Numbered from the stretch's first letter, positions 21,877 to 32,914 are shown. The stretch is DNA of 64,000 bases from an uncultured delta proteobacterium (GCA_963771175.1 CAVYSY010000051.1:128001-192000); one strand, 5' to 3'. Translations and numbers: made by a program. The notes: generated by a model not told the origin, from the letters alone.

Positions 21877-22338
21877 ATGCCTCGCACCTATAGCTTCGAC
21901 CACTTCACCGTTCCGAAGGCCTCGGCTCCGAGCCGCGGTCTGCGACGGCGGGAGAAGCAGCATCTGTCCGAGAAGCATGGGTCGGAGCGCCGTTCCGACA
22001 AGGCCCTCCAGTACGGTCGGAGCCATGCGGAGACGGAGGAGATGTTCCACGTTCGCGCCATGAACGCGCAGCTCGAGGCGCTGGCGGGCCTGTCGCCCAA
22101 CGCGCCGGTGAAGCCCACCGCGACCAACCGGGGCCAGCCCATTGGCGCGCTCCCGGTGGCCGTGGAGCCCCTGGTGTCGCGCGGGGCGTTCAAGGACGTG
22201 TACGAGGAGGCCCTGCGCCAGTTCCGCGCCCTCCAGTCCGGCATCCAGGATGCCACCACGGCCACGGGGCGGTTGTTGTCGCTGCCGATGGAAGCGGCCC
22301 GTCTGGCCGCGCGGCGTCTCCGTCTCGTTCAGGGCTGA
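21877..22338 (+). CDS. Hypothetical protein
   Basis: 153-aa ORF with GGAG upstream and GC3-biased codons, first gene of a + strand run. Confidence 0.65.
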   Translation: MPRTYSFDHFTVPKASAPSRGLRRREKQHLSEKHGSERRSDKALQYGRSHAETEEMFHVRAMNAQLEALAGLSPNAPVKPTATNRGQPIGALPVAVEPLVSRGAFKDVYEEALRQFRALQSGIQDATTATGRLLSLPMEAARLAARRLRLVQG

Positions 22339-22349
22339 GTGAGGAGTGT

Positions 22350-23114
22350 GTGGAGCTGACGCTCGTCTCGTACAACATCCACAGTGGGATTGGGACGGAC
22401 GGTTTCTTCGACCTGAACCGCGTGGGAGAGGTGCTGCGGGAGATCAACGCGGACGTCATCGCCCTCCAGGAAGTGGGGGACTACCGGGGCGTGACGCCCC
22501 GTGAGGATCAGCCCGAGCACCTGGCGGATCTGCTCGGGCTGCACATGGCCTTCGGCCCCAACGTGGTGCGCAATGGCCGACGCTATGGCAACGCCATCCT
22601 CTCCCGGCTGCCCATCCTCAAATCGAAGAACTACGACCTGAGCGTGGGCCGTCGCGAGCCCCGGGGGGCGTTGCGCTGCGACCTGGACCTGGGCGCGGGC
22701 CGGCAGCTCCACCTCTTCTGCCTGCACCTGGGGTTGAGCATGCGCGAGCGCCGCCGCCAGGAGTCGCTCCTGCTGTCCGCCGACATCCTCCGCGATGCCG
22801 TGCGGAATGATCCGGTGGTGGTGTGTGGAGACTTCAACTACTGGGGCCCCGGCGCGGTGCCCGGGCTGGTGCGGCAGGCCATCCACGACGTGGCCCTGGA
22901 ACTGGGCACCCCGGTGCGCACCTACCACTCCCGATTCCCGCTGCTGCGGTTGGATCGCATCTACGTGGACTCCGGCGTGAGGCCGCTGGCCCTGCACGCC
23001 CACGGCACACCGCTCTGCGCGGTGGCCTCGGACCATCTGCCGCTGGTGATGCGCTTCGAGGCACCCGTGGCGGGTCTGCTGCCCCGCTCGGCACCGGTCG
23101 AGCTCATCGGCTAA
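22350..23114 (+). CDS. Endonuclease/exonuclease/phosphatase family protein (YbhP-like)
   Basis: SYNIH, ALQEV, YGNAILSR, GDFN, LDRIY, ASDHLP. Confidence 0.92.
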   Translation: MELTLVSYNIHSGIGTDGFFDLNRVGEVLREINADVIALQEVGDYRGVTPREDQPEHLADLLGLHMAFGPNVVRNGRRYGNAILSRLPILKSKNYDLSVGRREPRGALRCDLDLGAGRQLHLFCLHLGLSMRERRRQESLLLSADILRDAVRNDPVVVCGDFNYWGPGAVPGLVRQAIHDVALELGTPVRTYHSRFPLLRLDRIYVDSGVRPLALHAHGTPLCAVASDHLPLVMRFEAPVAGLLPRSAPVELIG

Positions 23115-23246
23115 CCTGGGCGCTCCGGCGCGTCGGATGGCCAACGCTGACGAGCGCCGGACATATTTCTTCGCGGCGGGGTTGTCGTGGAGAACAGGGG
23201 GGTCCTACGTTGGGGCCTCCGAATGAGAGCGACGGCCGGGGAGCAG

Positions 23247-23681
23247 ATGGGCTTGGGCACCGAACAGACGGAGCGCGGACTCGCCGCGCTCGTCGGGCGG
23301 ATGACGGACGGTTTCAGCAGGCTGGTGACACAGCACCTGGCGCTGGCGCGCATGGAGCTGATGGATGACGCGCGGGCGGTGGGGTCGGACGTGGCGCGCA
23401 TCGCCGCCTTCGTTCCCTTCGTGCTGGTGGGCTATGCCTTCCTCTGCGCGGCGCTGTCCGCCTTCCTGGCGCGGTGGCTCGGCTGGGATGGAGCGCTCGC
23501 GGTGGTGGGGGCGGTCAACCTCGTGGGCGGTGGGCTGGGCATCTCGCGGGCCGCCGCGCGGCTCAAGGCCCGCCGAGTCATGGACGGCACCACCGAGGAG
23601 CTGAACCGCAGCGTGGAGGTGCTCGCCCAGGCCCCGGTCGCGCCCGCGGTGCTCCCCCGGGAGGCCGGTCATGGCCGCTGA
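23247..23681 (+). CDS. YqjE-like 'phage holin family' membrane protein
   Basis: RLVTQHLALARMEL followed by two hydrophobic helices. Confidence 0.75.
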   Translation: MGLGTEQTERGLAALVGRMTDGFSRLVTQHLALARMELMDDARAVGSDVARIAAFVPFVLVGYAFLCAALSAFLARWLGWDGALAVVGAVNLVGGGLGISRAAARLKARRVMDGTTEELNRSVEVLAQAPVAPAVLPREAGHGR

Positions 23682-23892
23682 CGGGAAGGCGAAGACCTCG
23701 CCCCAGACTCCGGAGCAGCTTCGCGCGGAGATCGAACGGACCCGCAACGAGCTCGTTCACTCGGTCACCCTGCTGCGCGAGGAGGTGGCCTGGCGCACCG
23801 ACTGGCGCCAGTGGGTGCGCCGCCATCCCATGTCGTGCGTGGGCGCGGCGTTCTTCGTCGGATTCCTCATCGGCAGCAGCCGGCGGCGCTAG
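23671..23892 (+). CDS. DUF3618-like small protein with C-terminal membrane anchor
   Basis: TPEQLRAEIERTRNEL..WVRRHP..AAFFVGFLIG..RRR; overlaps the previous gene. Confidence 0.75.
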   Translation: MAADGKAKTSPQTPEQLRAEIERTRNELVHSVTLLREEVAWRTDWRQWVRRHPMSCVGAAFFVGFLIGSSRRR

Positions 23893-23935
23893 TCGCCCGA
23901 CACCTTCGTTCCCACCCTTCAACCCCGATAAGGAG

Positions 23936-24145
23936 ATGGCTTCCATGGACGTCAATCCGCAGCACCTGCAGGAGAAGGCCCGTCAGTTCCAGGAGAACAT
24001 GGTGCCGCAGCTCGAGGAGGCGCGGCGCAACCTGGAGGATCTCAACACCCGCGTGGTGAGCTTCGTGCGCGCCAATCCGGGCACCTGCCTCCTGGGCGCC
24101 GTGGCCCTGGGCTTCATCGTCGGGCGCATCGCGTCGCGCCGCTGA
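23936..24145 (+). CDS. ElaB/YqjD (DUF883)-like tail-anchored small protein
   Basis: AGGAG RBS; FVRANPGTCLLGAVALGFIVGRIASRR tail. Confidence 0.75.
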   Translation: MASMDVNPQHLQEKARQFQENMVPQLEEARRNLEDLNTRVVSFVRANPGTCLLGAVALGFIVGRIASRR

Positions 24146-24182
24146 GCCTCTCGCCGTTTCCTCGAAGACTCGGAGTACCGAC

Positions 24183-24626
24183 ATGGCGACTTTCCAGAGC
24201 AACCCGGGCAGCAATGATGGCCAGGCGCAGGGCGAGCAGGGAGAGGGGCAGGGGCAGGCCGGTTTCGGCCATCGGGTGGATCAGATCGGCTCGGACGCGC
24301 AGCAGCTGTGGGACGATGCTCGCGGCGCGGTGACGGACCTGCGAGACACGCTGGACCTCAAGGGTCGCGTGGAGCGCAACCCGTACCTGACGCTGGCAGC
24401 GGCTTTCGGCGTGGGCTACGTGCTCGGCGGCGGGCTCTTCACCCGCACCACCGCGCGAGTCATCCGGCTGGGAATGCGTCTGGCGGCGCTGCCCATGGTC
24501 AAGGACGAGCTGCTCGGCATGGCCGAGGCGGCGATGCGCGGCGTCGAGGTCGGTGCCGGTCGCGTGGCCGACATGTCCGGGTCCGGGAACACCGGTGCTG
24601 GTGGTTCGCACGGCCCCCAGGTTTGA
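24183..24626 (+). CDS. Hypothetical membrane-associated protein, YqjD-like
   Basis: VERNPYLTLAAAFGVGYVLGGG segment. Confidence 0.7.
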   Translation: MATFQSNPGSNDGQAQGEQGEGQGQAGFGHRVDQIGSDAQQLWDDARGAVTDLRDTLDLKGRVERNPYLTLAAAFGVGYVLGGGLFTRTTARVIRLGMRLAALPMVKDELLGMAEAAMRGVEVGAGRVADMSGSGNTGAGGSHGPQV

Positions 24627-24665
24627 TGGACTCTTTCCCCACCCGCCGCACATGGAGCGCCCACG

Positions 24666-24932
24666 ATGTTCAGCGCCAATGACCTGAGGAAGATGGACAA
24701 GGACGATGTGCTCAACCTGCTCGGCCTGGAGACCCGGAAGGGCCCCTCGGACTGGCTGCTGCCCACGCTGGGGGCCTTCTCCGTGGGCCTGCTCGTGGGC
24801 GCGGGGCTCGGCATGCTGATGGCGCCGAAGGCCGGCCCCGAGCTGCGCAATGACCTGCGCAACCGGCTGCAGGGCCAGGACGCCCAGGCCAGCGGCGAGC
24901 AGCGCCGCGAGACCGCCTCTCACGGCGCCTAG
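24666..24932 (+). CDS. YtxH domain-containing protein
   Basis: GLLVGAGLGMLMAPKAGPELRNDL. Confidence 0.85.
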   Translation: MFSANDLRKMDKDDVLNLLGLETRKGPSDWLLPTLGAFSVGLLVGAGLGMLMAPKAGPELRNDLRNRLQGQDAQASGEQRRETASHGA

Positions 24933-25100
24933 CGTCGAGTGTCCGGGGTTCGCCCGGGATTCGGGCGAGCGCGAGGGGCGATCCGGTGACTCCGGGTCGC
25001 CCCTTCGTATTTCCAGGCGGTAGACTCCGGCGCCTATGCGCGTCTTCCTCATGCGGACCCTCCTTCTCGACGTGGCGCTCGCCGCGTGGGAGCTCGTGCC

Positions 25101-26249
25101 ATGAGCTCCCGGAAGGCGCCCAAGCCGGCGCGTGGCGGGCGCCCGGCGCGGAAGGGCTCGTCCTCGCGTGAGGCCACGAAGGTGGAGTCCCCTCCTCGGG
25201 GACGTGCCGCGCCTGGACGGAAGGACTCGCCGTCGCGGCGGGACACGCCGAGAGAGCTGCCCGCGGTGGGAGCCTCCGGGAAGAAGGCGACCCTGGCGCG
25301 CACCGGGCCCTCGCCTCGGCCTCCGGACGCTCCGCGCGAGCCACCTCGTCCCGATACGAGCGCGGAGGCCGTGACACGTGGGGTGCTGGCCCGGGTGCGG
25401 GGCGTGGAGACGCTGGAGTCCGCCTACGACGCCTGGCTCGAGCTGCGGTTGGCGCACGGGGCCGCGCGGTTGCGCTTCGGCGAGGAGCGCGAGCGTCTGG
25501 AGCAGCAGGGCTCCTTCCTGGTGGGCGCGGTGCGCGCGGCGGGTCAGGAGCGAGCGGCCTCGGCGGCGCCAGCTCCGGAGGCGGCGCTCGTCTCCGCGGA
25601 GGCATCCATGCGCGACTTCCTGCGCCAGGCCGAGGAGAAGCTGTCCCGGGCGCGCGAGGCGCTCGCGAGGGAAGAGGCCGAGAGCGAGGCGCGCTACCAG
25701 GCGGCCTTCGCGGAGATCCGCTCCACCCTCCAGGATCGGGTAGGGCGCCACCTGGGCGCCGCGCCGGTGCGCTTGCGGTTGCTGCTGCGGAAGGTGGGGG
25801 CCACGCGGGCCATCCTCCACGTGGAGCGCGTGAGCGGCGATACCCCGGTGCTGCTCCTGCACCTCTTCACCGGCCGCATCCCCTCGCGCCACGGCTTCCT
25901 CTTCGACGACTCCACCGAGGACGTGTCGCTCCCGCCGGCGCCGCTCTACCCGGAGGAGGGCGTCGCGCCGGGCGAGGTACGCCCGGAGGCCCCGGACCTC
26001 ATCTCGCGGGTGCGAGCACCGGGAGAGGTGCTACCGGTGAAGGGCTTCCTGCCCGTCTTCGTGCCCCGCCCCGAGGGGGGCGAGGACTTCTTCCGCCTCC
26101 TCCAGCGAGGGCCGGTGATGGAGGTGGAGGTGGCGGAGGGCCCGGGCTTCCGCGGCATCCTCACCCGCGAGGAGTCCGAGCGCTTCGCGGGGCACCTGCT
26201 GCGCCTCAAGCTCGAGGGCAGGCTCGAGCTCGAGGTGGAAGCGGGCTGA
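25101..26249 (+). CDS. Hypothetical protein with a basic disordered N-terminus and a coiled coil
   Basis: Intact GC3-biased ORF with no recognised motif. Confidence 0.7.
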   Translation: MSSRKAPKPARGGRPARKGSSSREATKVESPPRGRAAPGRKDSPSRRDTPRELPAVGASGKKATLARTGPSPRPPDAPREPPRPDTSAEAVTRGVLARVRGVETLESAYDAWLELRLAHGAARLRFGEERERLEQQGSFLVGAVRAAGQERAASAAPAPEAALVSAEASMRDFLRQAEEKLSRAREALAREEAESEARYQAAFAEIRSTLQDRVGRHLGAAPVRLRLLLRKVGATRAILHVERVSGDTPVLLLHLFTGRIPSRHGFLFDDSTEDVSLPPAPLYPEEGVAPGEVRPEAPDLISRVRAPGEVLPVKGFLPVFVPRPEGGEDFFRLLQRGPVMEVEVAEGPGFRGILTREESERFAGHLLRLKLEGRLELEVEAG

Positions 26250-26261
26250 GGCGGACGCGGG

Positions 26262-27146
26262 CTACGGCTGCGTGTGCACCAGGCCCACGTCGGCGGTGCC
26301 CACCATCAGCGCGCTGCCGACGAAGAGGTTGTCGGACTCGGCGCCGCCGGTCCTCACCGTCTGGAAGATGACGAGGTAGTTGCTGTCCTTCTGGGGGAAG
26401 GCCTCGCCGGGAATGGTGAGGCTCGCCGCCAGCGACGGGGCGGTCGGCAGGGCCACGAGCTCCAGGAGGCCCAGCGGATCCTTTGGCATGCTGTTGTAGG
26501 TGGGCTCACCCTTGTCGCCGTTGTCGCTCAGCGGGACGACGGTGACGAAGCCGTGGGTGCGCTCCTGGTTGGCGGCCACGGCCGGGCGCTGCAGGGTGAG
26601 GCCCTGGTTGGCCGTGTGCCGGACGTAGCCCTCGGCCGGGTGGAGCGCGTTGATCTTCTCGAGGTCCGGCGCATCCTCCACCGTGCCCACATGCGAGGTG
26701 CCGTTCTCCACGGCGACGAAGCGGTAGGTGGCGCGGGGCTGGTACTTCACGCCCGCGTCATCGCCGAAGTCGCTCGTGTGGCCGTAGGTGCCCGCGCCCT
26801 CGCTCTCGAGGTTGTACTGGCTGCCGTTGACCACCTCGATGCGGACGTTGGCGTTGGCGATGGGCTCAGGCGTGCCCTGGTCGCCCTCGCGCGTGCCGAA
26901 GAAGACGAGGGCCGCCGTCTGACCCGGTACGGTGATCTTATCATCGATGACGGGGCCGCCGTCGGGCAGCGTGCCGGCGTCGATCCCCGCCGCGGCTGCC
27001 GGCGAGAAGGCCACGTCGGGTGTGGAGAGCAGGGTCCCCACCATCACCCTCTTGGCGAGGATCTGGTTGCCTGTCTTCTCGAGGTCGCAGGCAAGGAGGG
27101 GGAGCAGGAGAGCGGTCACGGCGGTGGACAGCAGGAGTCGGTTCAT
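26262..27146 (-). CDS. Putative lipoprotein
   Basis: MNRLLLSTAVTALLLPLLAC lipobox; beta-strand-rich mature part. Confidence 0.8.
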   Translation of the reverse strand: MNRLLLSTAVTALLLPLLACDLEKTGNQILAKRVMVGTLLSTPDVAFSPAAAAGIDAGTLPDGGPVIDDKITVPGQTAALVFFGTREGDQGTPEPIANANVRIEVVNGSQYNLESEGAGTYGHTSDFGDDAGVKYQPRATYRFVAVENGTSHVGTVEDAPDLEKINALHPAEGYVRHTANQGLTLQRPAVAANQERTHGFVTVVPLSDNGDKGEPTYNSMPKDPLGLLELVALPTAPSLAASLTIPGEAFPQKDSNYLVIFQTVRTGGAESDNLFVGSALMVGTADVGLVHTQP

Positions 27147-27240
27147 TGCTTCTTTCCGGAAGGTCGGCCCGGCGGGCGAGCATACCAGGGCAACAGGAGG
27201 GCTGGGTGCGTGGGCTGAACGCGCTATTCTCCCGGCTCCC

Positions 27241-29814
27241 GTGCGAAGCCTTCCCATCTACTCGGCCGGACTCCGCTTCCTGCAGCGGCTCGGCTATTCG
27301 CTCCTGCAGGCCACGCTTTTCGGCGCCATCCTCGGGCTGCTCGTCTACTACCGGGTCCCGCGCGCGCAGCTCGGCGGCGAGGCGACGCCCATCGCCGTGC
27401 TCGCCCGTCCCTCGGCCTGGTTGGAGTCCTGGGAGCGCGCTGCCTACGACTGGCGCGCCCGCGCGCTGGGGGCCCGTTCCTCGCGTTCGGACCGGGTCGT
27501 GGTGGTGGCGATCGACGACGAGACGCTCGCCGAGGCCCGCCAGGACGAGCGCCCTGGCATCGCGTCCAATCCGTGGCCACGGGAGCTGCTGGGCGGACTG
27601 ACCAACCGGCTCGTCGACGAGGGCGCGGAGCTGGTGATGCTGGACTTCCCCTTCGCCGAGTTCAGCCCGCGCGCCGGCCTCGTGCAGGGGACGCCCGGTC
27701 TGGAGGGGCTGGACGACGACCGGGCCTTCCGCAAGCGGCTCGACCGCAATCCCGAGAAGTCCGTGCTGGCCTTCGAGTGGTCGCCGGACCGCGAGATTCC
27801 AGCGGGCGGCCGGCTGTGGCCGTACCGGGTGCGGCTCGGCACCTACGCCAGCGCGGGCGAGGCGCGGGGCCGGGTGCAGTCGGTGCTGGCGGATCAACGA
27901 CCGGCCTTCCTCATCCCCGTGGGCAACGCGGTGGAGGCGTGGGCGGGCGTGGCCAGCGAGCAGGAGGGCCTGCGGGTGGCCCTGGAGCAGGGGGTCCGCG
28001 AGCCGCCGAGGGTTCAGGAGCGGCGGGCCACGGATGACACCTGGCGCGTGGGCCCGCTGGAGCTCTTCGTCTCCCTGGCCGAGGTGGAGGTGGAGGGGTT
28101 GGAGCCGGCGCTGCTGCCGGAGGTCCGCCAGCTCGAGCACCCGGTGGCTCCGTTGCTGGGCCCGGCGAGCCTCTACGGCGCCGCCACCGTGCCGGCGGAT
28201 CCGGACGGGGTGGTGCGGGCCGTGCCGCACCTGGTGAGCTATCGCTCGCGAGAGGGTGCCCGGCATGTGCTGCCCTCCATGCCACTGGCGGCGGCGATGC
28301 GCCTGGCGGGCACGCGCCAGCTCCGCTACGCGGACGGCCGGCTGTACGTGGGGGACCGGTTCTCCATCCCCCTGGACGAGTCCGGTTACAGCCTGGTGCG
28401 CTGGGACGCGGCGGAGGTGGGGCGGGGCTCGCGCGGCTCCGTGTCGAGGGCCATCCCCGCGTGGAATGTGCTGCTCAACCTCTTCGCCGTGCGAGAGGGA
28501 GTGCCACCGCGAGCGGTCCACGACATCGAGGGCCGCATCATCGTCTTCACCAACACCTCGCGCCAGGCGCTGGACTTCAAGCACACGCCCATCGGCGAAT
28601 ACACGCCCGCGGGAGCCGTGCTCGCTCAGTCGCTGGTGAACCTCCTGCAGTCCGAGGGCATCACCCGCGCCACGCCGAAGCTGGACCTCTTCCTGACACT
28701 CGGGGCCGCGCTCGTCGGCGCCTTCATGGCGCTCACCTTCAACCGGGGTCTGCGCTCCTTCGGTGACGTGCTGGTGTATCTGGGCACGATGGGGGCAGTG
28801 GGGCTCGTCCTGGCCGGAGTGGCCTGGTACCTCTTCGTCAACAAGCTGCTCTGGGTGGCGATGGTGGGCCCGCTGCTGGCCATGGGTCTCACCTTCATCT
28901 TCACCATCGTCCAGGCCTCGCGCTCCGAGCGACAGCTTCGCCACTTCATCACCGACGTGCTCGGCCGCTATGTGAGCCCCGAGGTGGCGCGGCTCGTCAC
29001 GCGCGACCTGCGGCTGCTGACGCGGGCCGAGCGCCGCGAGGTGACGGTCTTCTTCTGCGACATCGACGGCTTCTCGCGCCTGTCCAGCGAGCTGCCACCG
29101 GAGAAGGTGGTCCAGTTCCTCAATGACTCGCTGACGGAGATGACGGACGTGGTGCGCTCCACTCGCGGCCAGGTGGACAAGTACCTGGGAGACGCGGTGC
29201 TGGCCTTCTGGGGCGCGCCGGTGCGCACGGATCGCCACGCGCACCTGGCCTGCGAGGCCGCGTTGAAGCTGCAGGCAGCGCTGCAGGAGCGCAACACGTA
29301 CTGGGAGAAGACGTACGGCCAGCGTCTGCTGTGCCGCATCGGTATCGACAGCGGCGAGGTGCTGGTGGGCGGCATGGGCAGCGATCTCGAGGCCAAGTAC
29401 TCCGCCATGGGCGAGGCGGTGAAGCTCTCCATGCTCCTGGAGAGCCTCAACCGGACCTACGGCACCTTCGTGCTGGTGGGAGACGGATCGGCCCGGCTGG
29501 CGCAGGACTCCTTCGTGTTCCGCGAGGTGGACCGGGTGCGGCTCAAGGGCCGGACCGAGCCCGCCCGCCTCCACGAGCTGGTGGGCCGCAAGGGGGAGAT
29601 CTCCCCCCAGATGCAGGAGCAGCTCGCTCTCTATGAACAGGCGCTCACCGCGTACCACCAGCGGCGCTTCGACGAGGCGCTGGCTCTCTTCACGCGCGGC
29701 GTGGAGGCGTACCAGGACACGGTGGCGGGGGTGTACGCCGAGCGCTGCCGCAAGTTCACCTCGGCGGCGCCTCCAGAGGACTGGGATGGCGTGTTCGCGT
29801 CCGAGGGCAGTTGA
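27241..29814 (+). CDS. CHASE2-domain class III adenylate/guanylate cyclase-like protein
   Basis: VVVAIDDETL, PWPR, DPDGVVR (CHASE2); three TM helices; VTVFFCDIDGF, VDKYLGDAVLAFWGAP, RIGIDSG; TPR-like tail ending DWDGVF. Confidence 0.92.
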   Translation: MRSLPIYSAGLRFLQRLGYSLLQATLFGAILGLLVYYRVPRAQLGGEATPIAVLARPSAWLESWERAAYDWRARALGARSSRSDRVVVVAIDDETLAEARQDERPGIASNPWPRELLGGLTNRLVDEGAELVMLDFPFAEFSPRAGLVQGTPGLEGLDDDRAFRKRLDRNPEKSVLAFEWSPDREIPAGGRLWPYRVRLGTYASAGEARGRVQSVLADQRPAFLIPVGNAVEAWAGVASEQEGLRVALEQGVREPPRVQERRATDDTWRVGPLELFVSLAEVEVEGLEPALLPEVRQLEHPVAPLLGPASLYGAATVPADPDGVVRAVPHLVSYRSREGARHVLPSMPLAAAMRLAGTRQLRYADGRLYVGDRFSIPLDESGYSLVRWDAAEVGRGSRGSVSRAIPAWNVLLNLFAVREGVPPRAVHDIEGRIIVFTNTSRQALDFKHTPIGEYTPAGAVLAQSLVNLLQSEGITRATPKLDLFLTLGAALVGAFMALTFNRGLRSFGDVLVYLGTMGAVGLVLAGVAWYLFVNKLLWVAMVGPLLAMGLTFIFTIVQASRSERQLRHFITDVLGRYVSPEVARLVTRDLRLLTRAERREVTVFFCDIDGFSRLSSELPPEKVVQFLNDSLTEMTDVVRSTRGQVDKYLGDAVLAFWGAPVRTDRHAHLACEAALKLQAALQERNTYWEKTYGQRLLCRIGIDSGEVLVGGMGSDLEAKYSAMGEAVKLSMLLESLNRTYGTFVLVGDGSARLAQDSFVFREVDRVRLKGRTEPARLHELVGRKGEISPQMQEQLALYEQALTAYHQRRFDEALALFTRGVEAYQDTVAGVYAERCRKFTSAAPPEDWDGVFASEGS

Positions 29815-29889
29815 GAAGCGGGCCTCGAGCGCCAGCGCATTCGCACCGAGCACACCAGCCACGACCCCAAAGAGAACCGCCGGCCTCCG

Positions 29890-30080
29890 GTCGCGTTCTT
29901 CGCCAACTTGTCCACTATGTGTACAAGTTGCGCGACTTCGCGCCCGGCGGGTGCCCCTGTCCCCGGGATGGCGCCCTCCCGGTCTCGCTCTTCAGAAACC
30001 TGTCCGACAGTCGGACAGGTTTTTCGAGACCGCGCCCGGAGGGTCCCCTGCTTTCGGGAGGTGTTCGGACACCTGCTCGG
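29890..30080. repeat. Cluster of three short palindromes (REP-like) between convergent genes
   Basis: CAACTTGTCCAC-TAT-GTGTACAAGTTG (29904-29930); AAACCTGTCCGAC-A-GTCGGACAGGTTT (29996-30022); AGGTGT-TCGG-ACACCT (30059-30074). Confidence 0.75.
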
Positions 30081-30097
30081 GAGCTGCCTCGGAAGGT

Positions 30098-30463
30098 TCA
30101 GCCCTCCGGGTCCGGCTCGTCGGGGTGACCGAAGAGCTCGACGATGGGCTTGTCCTCGGCGATGTGCTCGGCCACCACGCGGCGCATCTTCTCCGGCGTC
30201 ATGTGCGAGTAGTACGTCTCGCCCTCCCAGCCCATGAGCTGGTAGTCCTCGGGGGAGAGGGGATCCCTCTTGCGACCCGTCTCCTCACGGATGACGACGT
30301 TCGGCCCCATGTGGCAGAAGCCGTAGCAGCCTCCTCGGTACAGCTCGCAGCGGGGCTGCAGCTTCCGTGCGGACAGCTCGTCGCGAGCGGCCGCGGCCAC
30401 GGCGTCGGAGCCACCGGCCTTGCAGCTCGAGCCTTTGCACACGGAGAGGCGGTAGCGCTTCAT
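30098..30463 (-). CDS. Thioredoxin-like [2Fe-2S] ferredoxin
   Basis: VCKGSSC...GCYGFCHMGPNVVI..YYSHMTPEKMRRVVAEHI. Confidence 0.88.
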   Translation of the reverse strand: MKRYRLSVCKGSSCKAGGSDAVAAAARDELSARKLQPRCELYRGGCYGFCHMGPNVVIREETGRKRDPLSPEDYQLMGWEGETYYSHMTPEKMRRVVAEHIAEDKPIVELFGHPDEPDPEG

Positions 30464-30661
30464 GCACCGGGAACCCTACGGAGTTTGCGAGGTGCTGGAA
30501 AGGGTTGCCGCGGCCGAGGAGGGCCAGTCCCCTCGCTCGCCGCGAGCGAGGCTGTAGGGCTGCAACGCGGCTGCACTCGTGCCCCTTGAAACGACACCGG
30601 CCCGCCGTCCACCGCGAGGAGCGGGGAGGGCGGGCCGGGTGCCGGCGAGTCGCCGGGCGTC

Positions 30662-31417
30662 CTACTTGAGGAACTTCGTCACGGGCACGGGGCCCTCGTT
30701 GGACACGACGGTGCGCGAGGTGGACGGCGTGACGTGATCGCCGTGGGTGTCGCCGGACTCGAGGTGCGCGTGCTGAGCCTCGTGGCCCTCGCCCAGGCGG
30801 GTGTGGGCCTCCTTGTGCACGTGTGCCGGCTGAGCCGAGCTGGGGCGCTTGTTCCACGGGTCCGACGGGTGGCAGACCGCCGGGCCCTTGAGCAGCTTGG
30901 GGATGTCGTAGACGAAGCCCTGCCGGTTGTACTCCGCCGGCGTGTGCGTGTACGTGTCCATGCGGATGGCGTCCTTGGGGCACGCGTCCACGCACAGGCC
31001 GCACACGATGCAGCGCAGCTCGTCGATGACGAACTGGGTCGGGTACTTCTCGATGACGCGCGAGCCGGCCTCCGCGGACTCCACCTCGTACTCGCCGGCC
31101 TCGATGTAGATGCACTGCGCCGGGCAGATGGTGGCGCACATGTAGCAGGCCACGCAGCGCGGCTTGCCGTCGTCGCGCGGCACCAGCCGGTGCAGACCCC
31201 GGTACCCGGGCGGGTAGGGCTGCTTCTCCTCGGGGTACTGCACCGTGGTGACGAGGCTGGTGCCCTTGCGGGACTCGAACGGGGTGTCCACCTCGCGCGT
31301 CCCGAAGAGGTTGCGCAGGAAGTGCCGGGTGGTGATGGCCAGGCCGCGGAGCAGCTCGGGGATGTAGGAGCGCTCGCGGATGTCGGTGCGGGGTTCCTGA
31401 GTCGCCTTGTAGGCCAT
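30662..31417 (-). CDS. nuoI: NADH-quinone oxidoreductase subunit I
   Basis: [26 protein letters not shown] and [12 protein letters not shown] [4Fe-4S] motifs. Confidence 0.93.
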   Translation of the reverse strand: MAYKATQEPRTDIRERSYIPELLRGLAITTRHFLRNLFGTREVDTPFESRKGTSLVTTVQYPEEKQPYPPGYRGLHRLVPRDDGKPRCVACYMCATICPAQCIYIEAGEYEVESAEAGSRVIEKYPTQFVIDELRCIVCGLCVDACPKDAIRMDTYTHTPAEYNRQGFVYDIPKLLKGPAVCHPSDPWNKRPSSAQPAHVHKEAHTRLGEGHEAQHAHLESGDTHGDHVTPSTSRTVVSNEGPVPVTKFLK

Positions 31418-31429
31418 GGTGTCTTTCTC

Positions 31430-32912
<1,483 letters not shown>

Positions 32913-32914
32913 TG

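Noticed and set aside
20732..23681. Prophage lysis cassette (M23 peptidase plus 'holin')
   Set aside because: No phage structural or integrase genes; the genes are on opposite strands, and the holin-family gene sits in a YqjE-type stress cluster.
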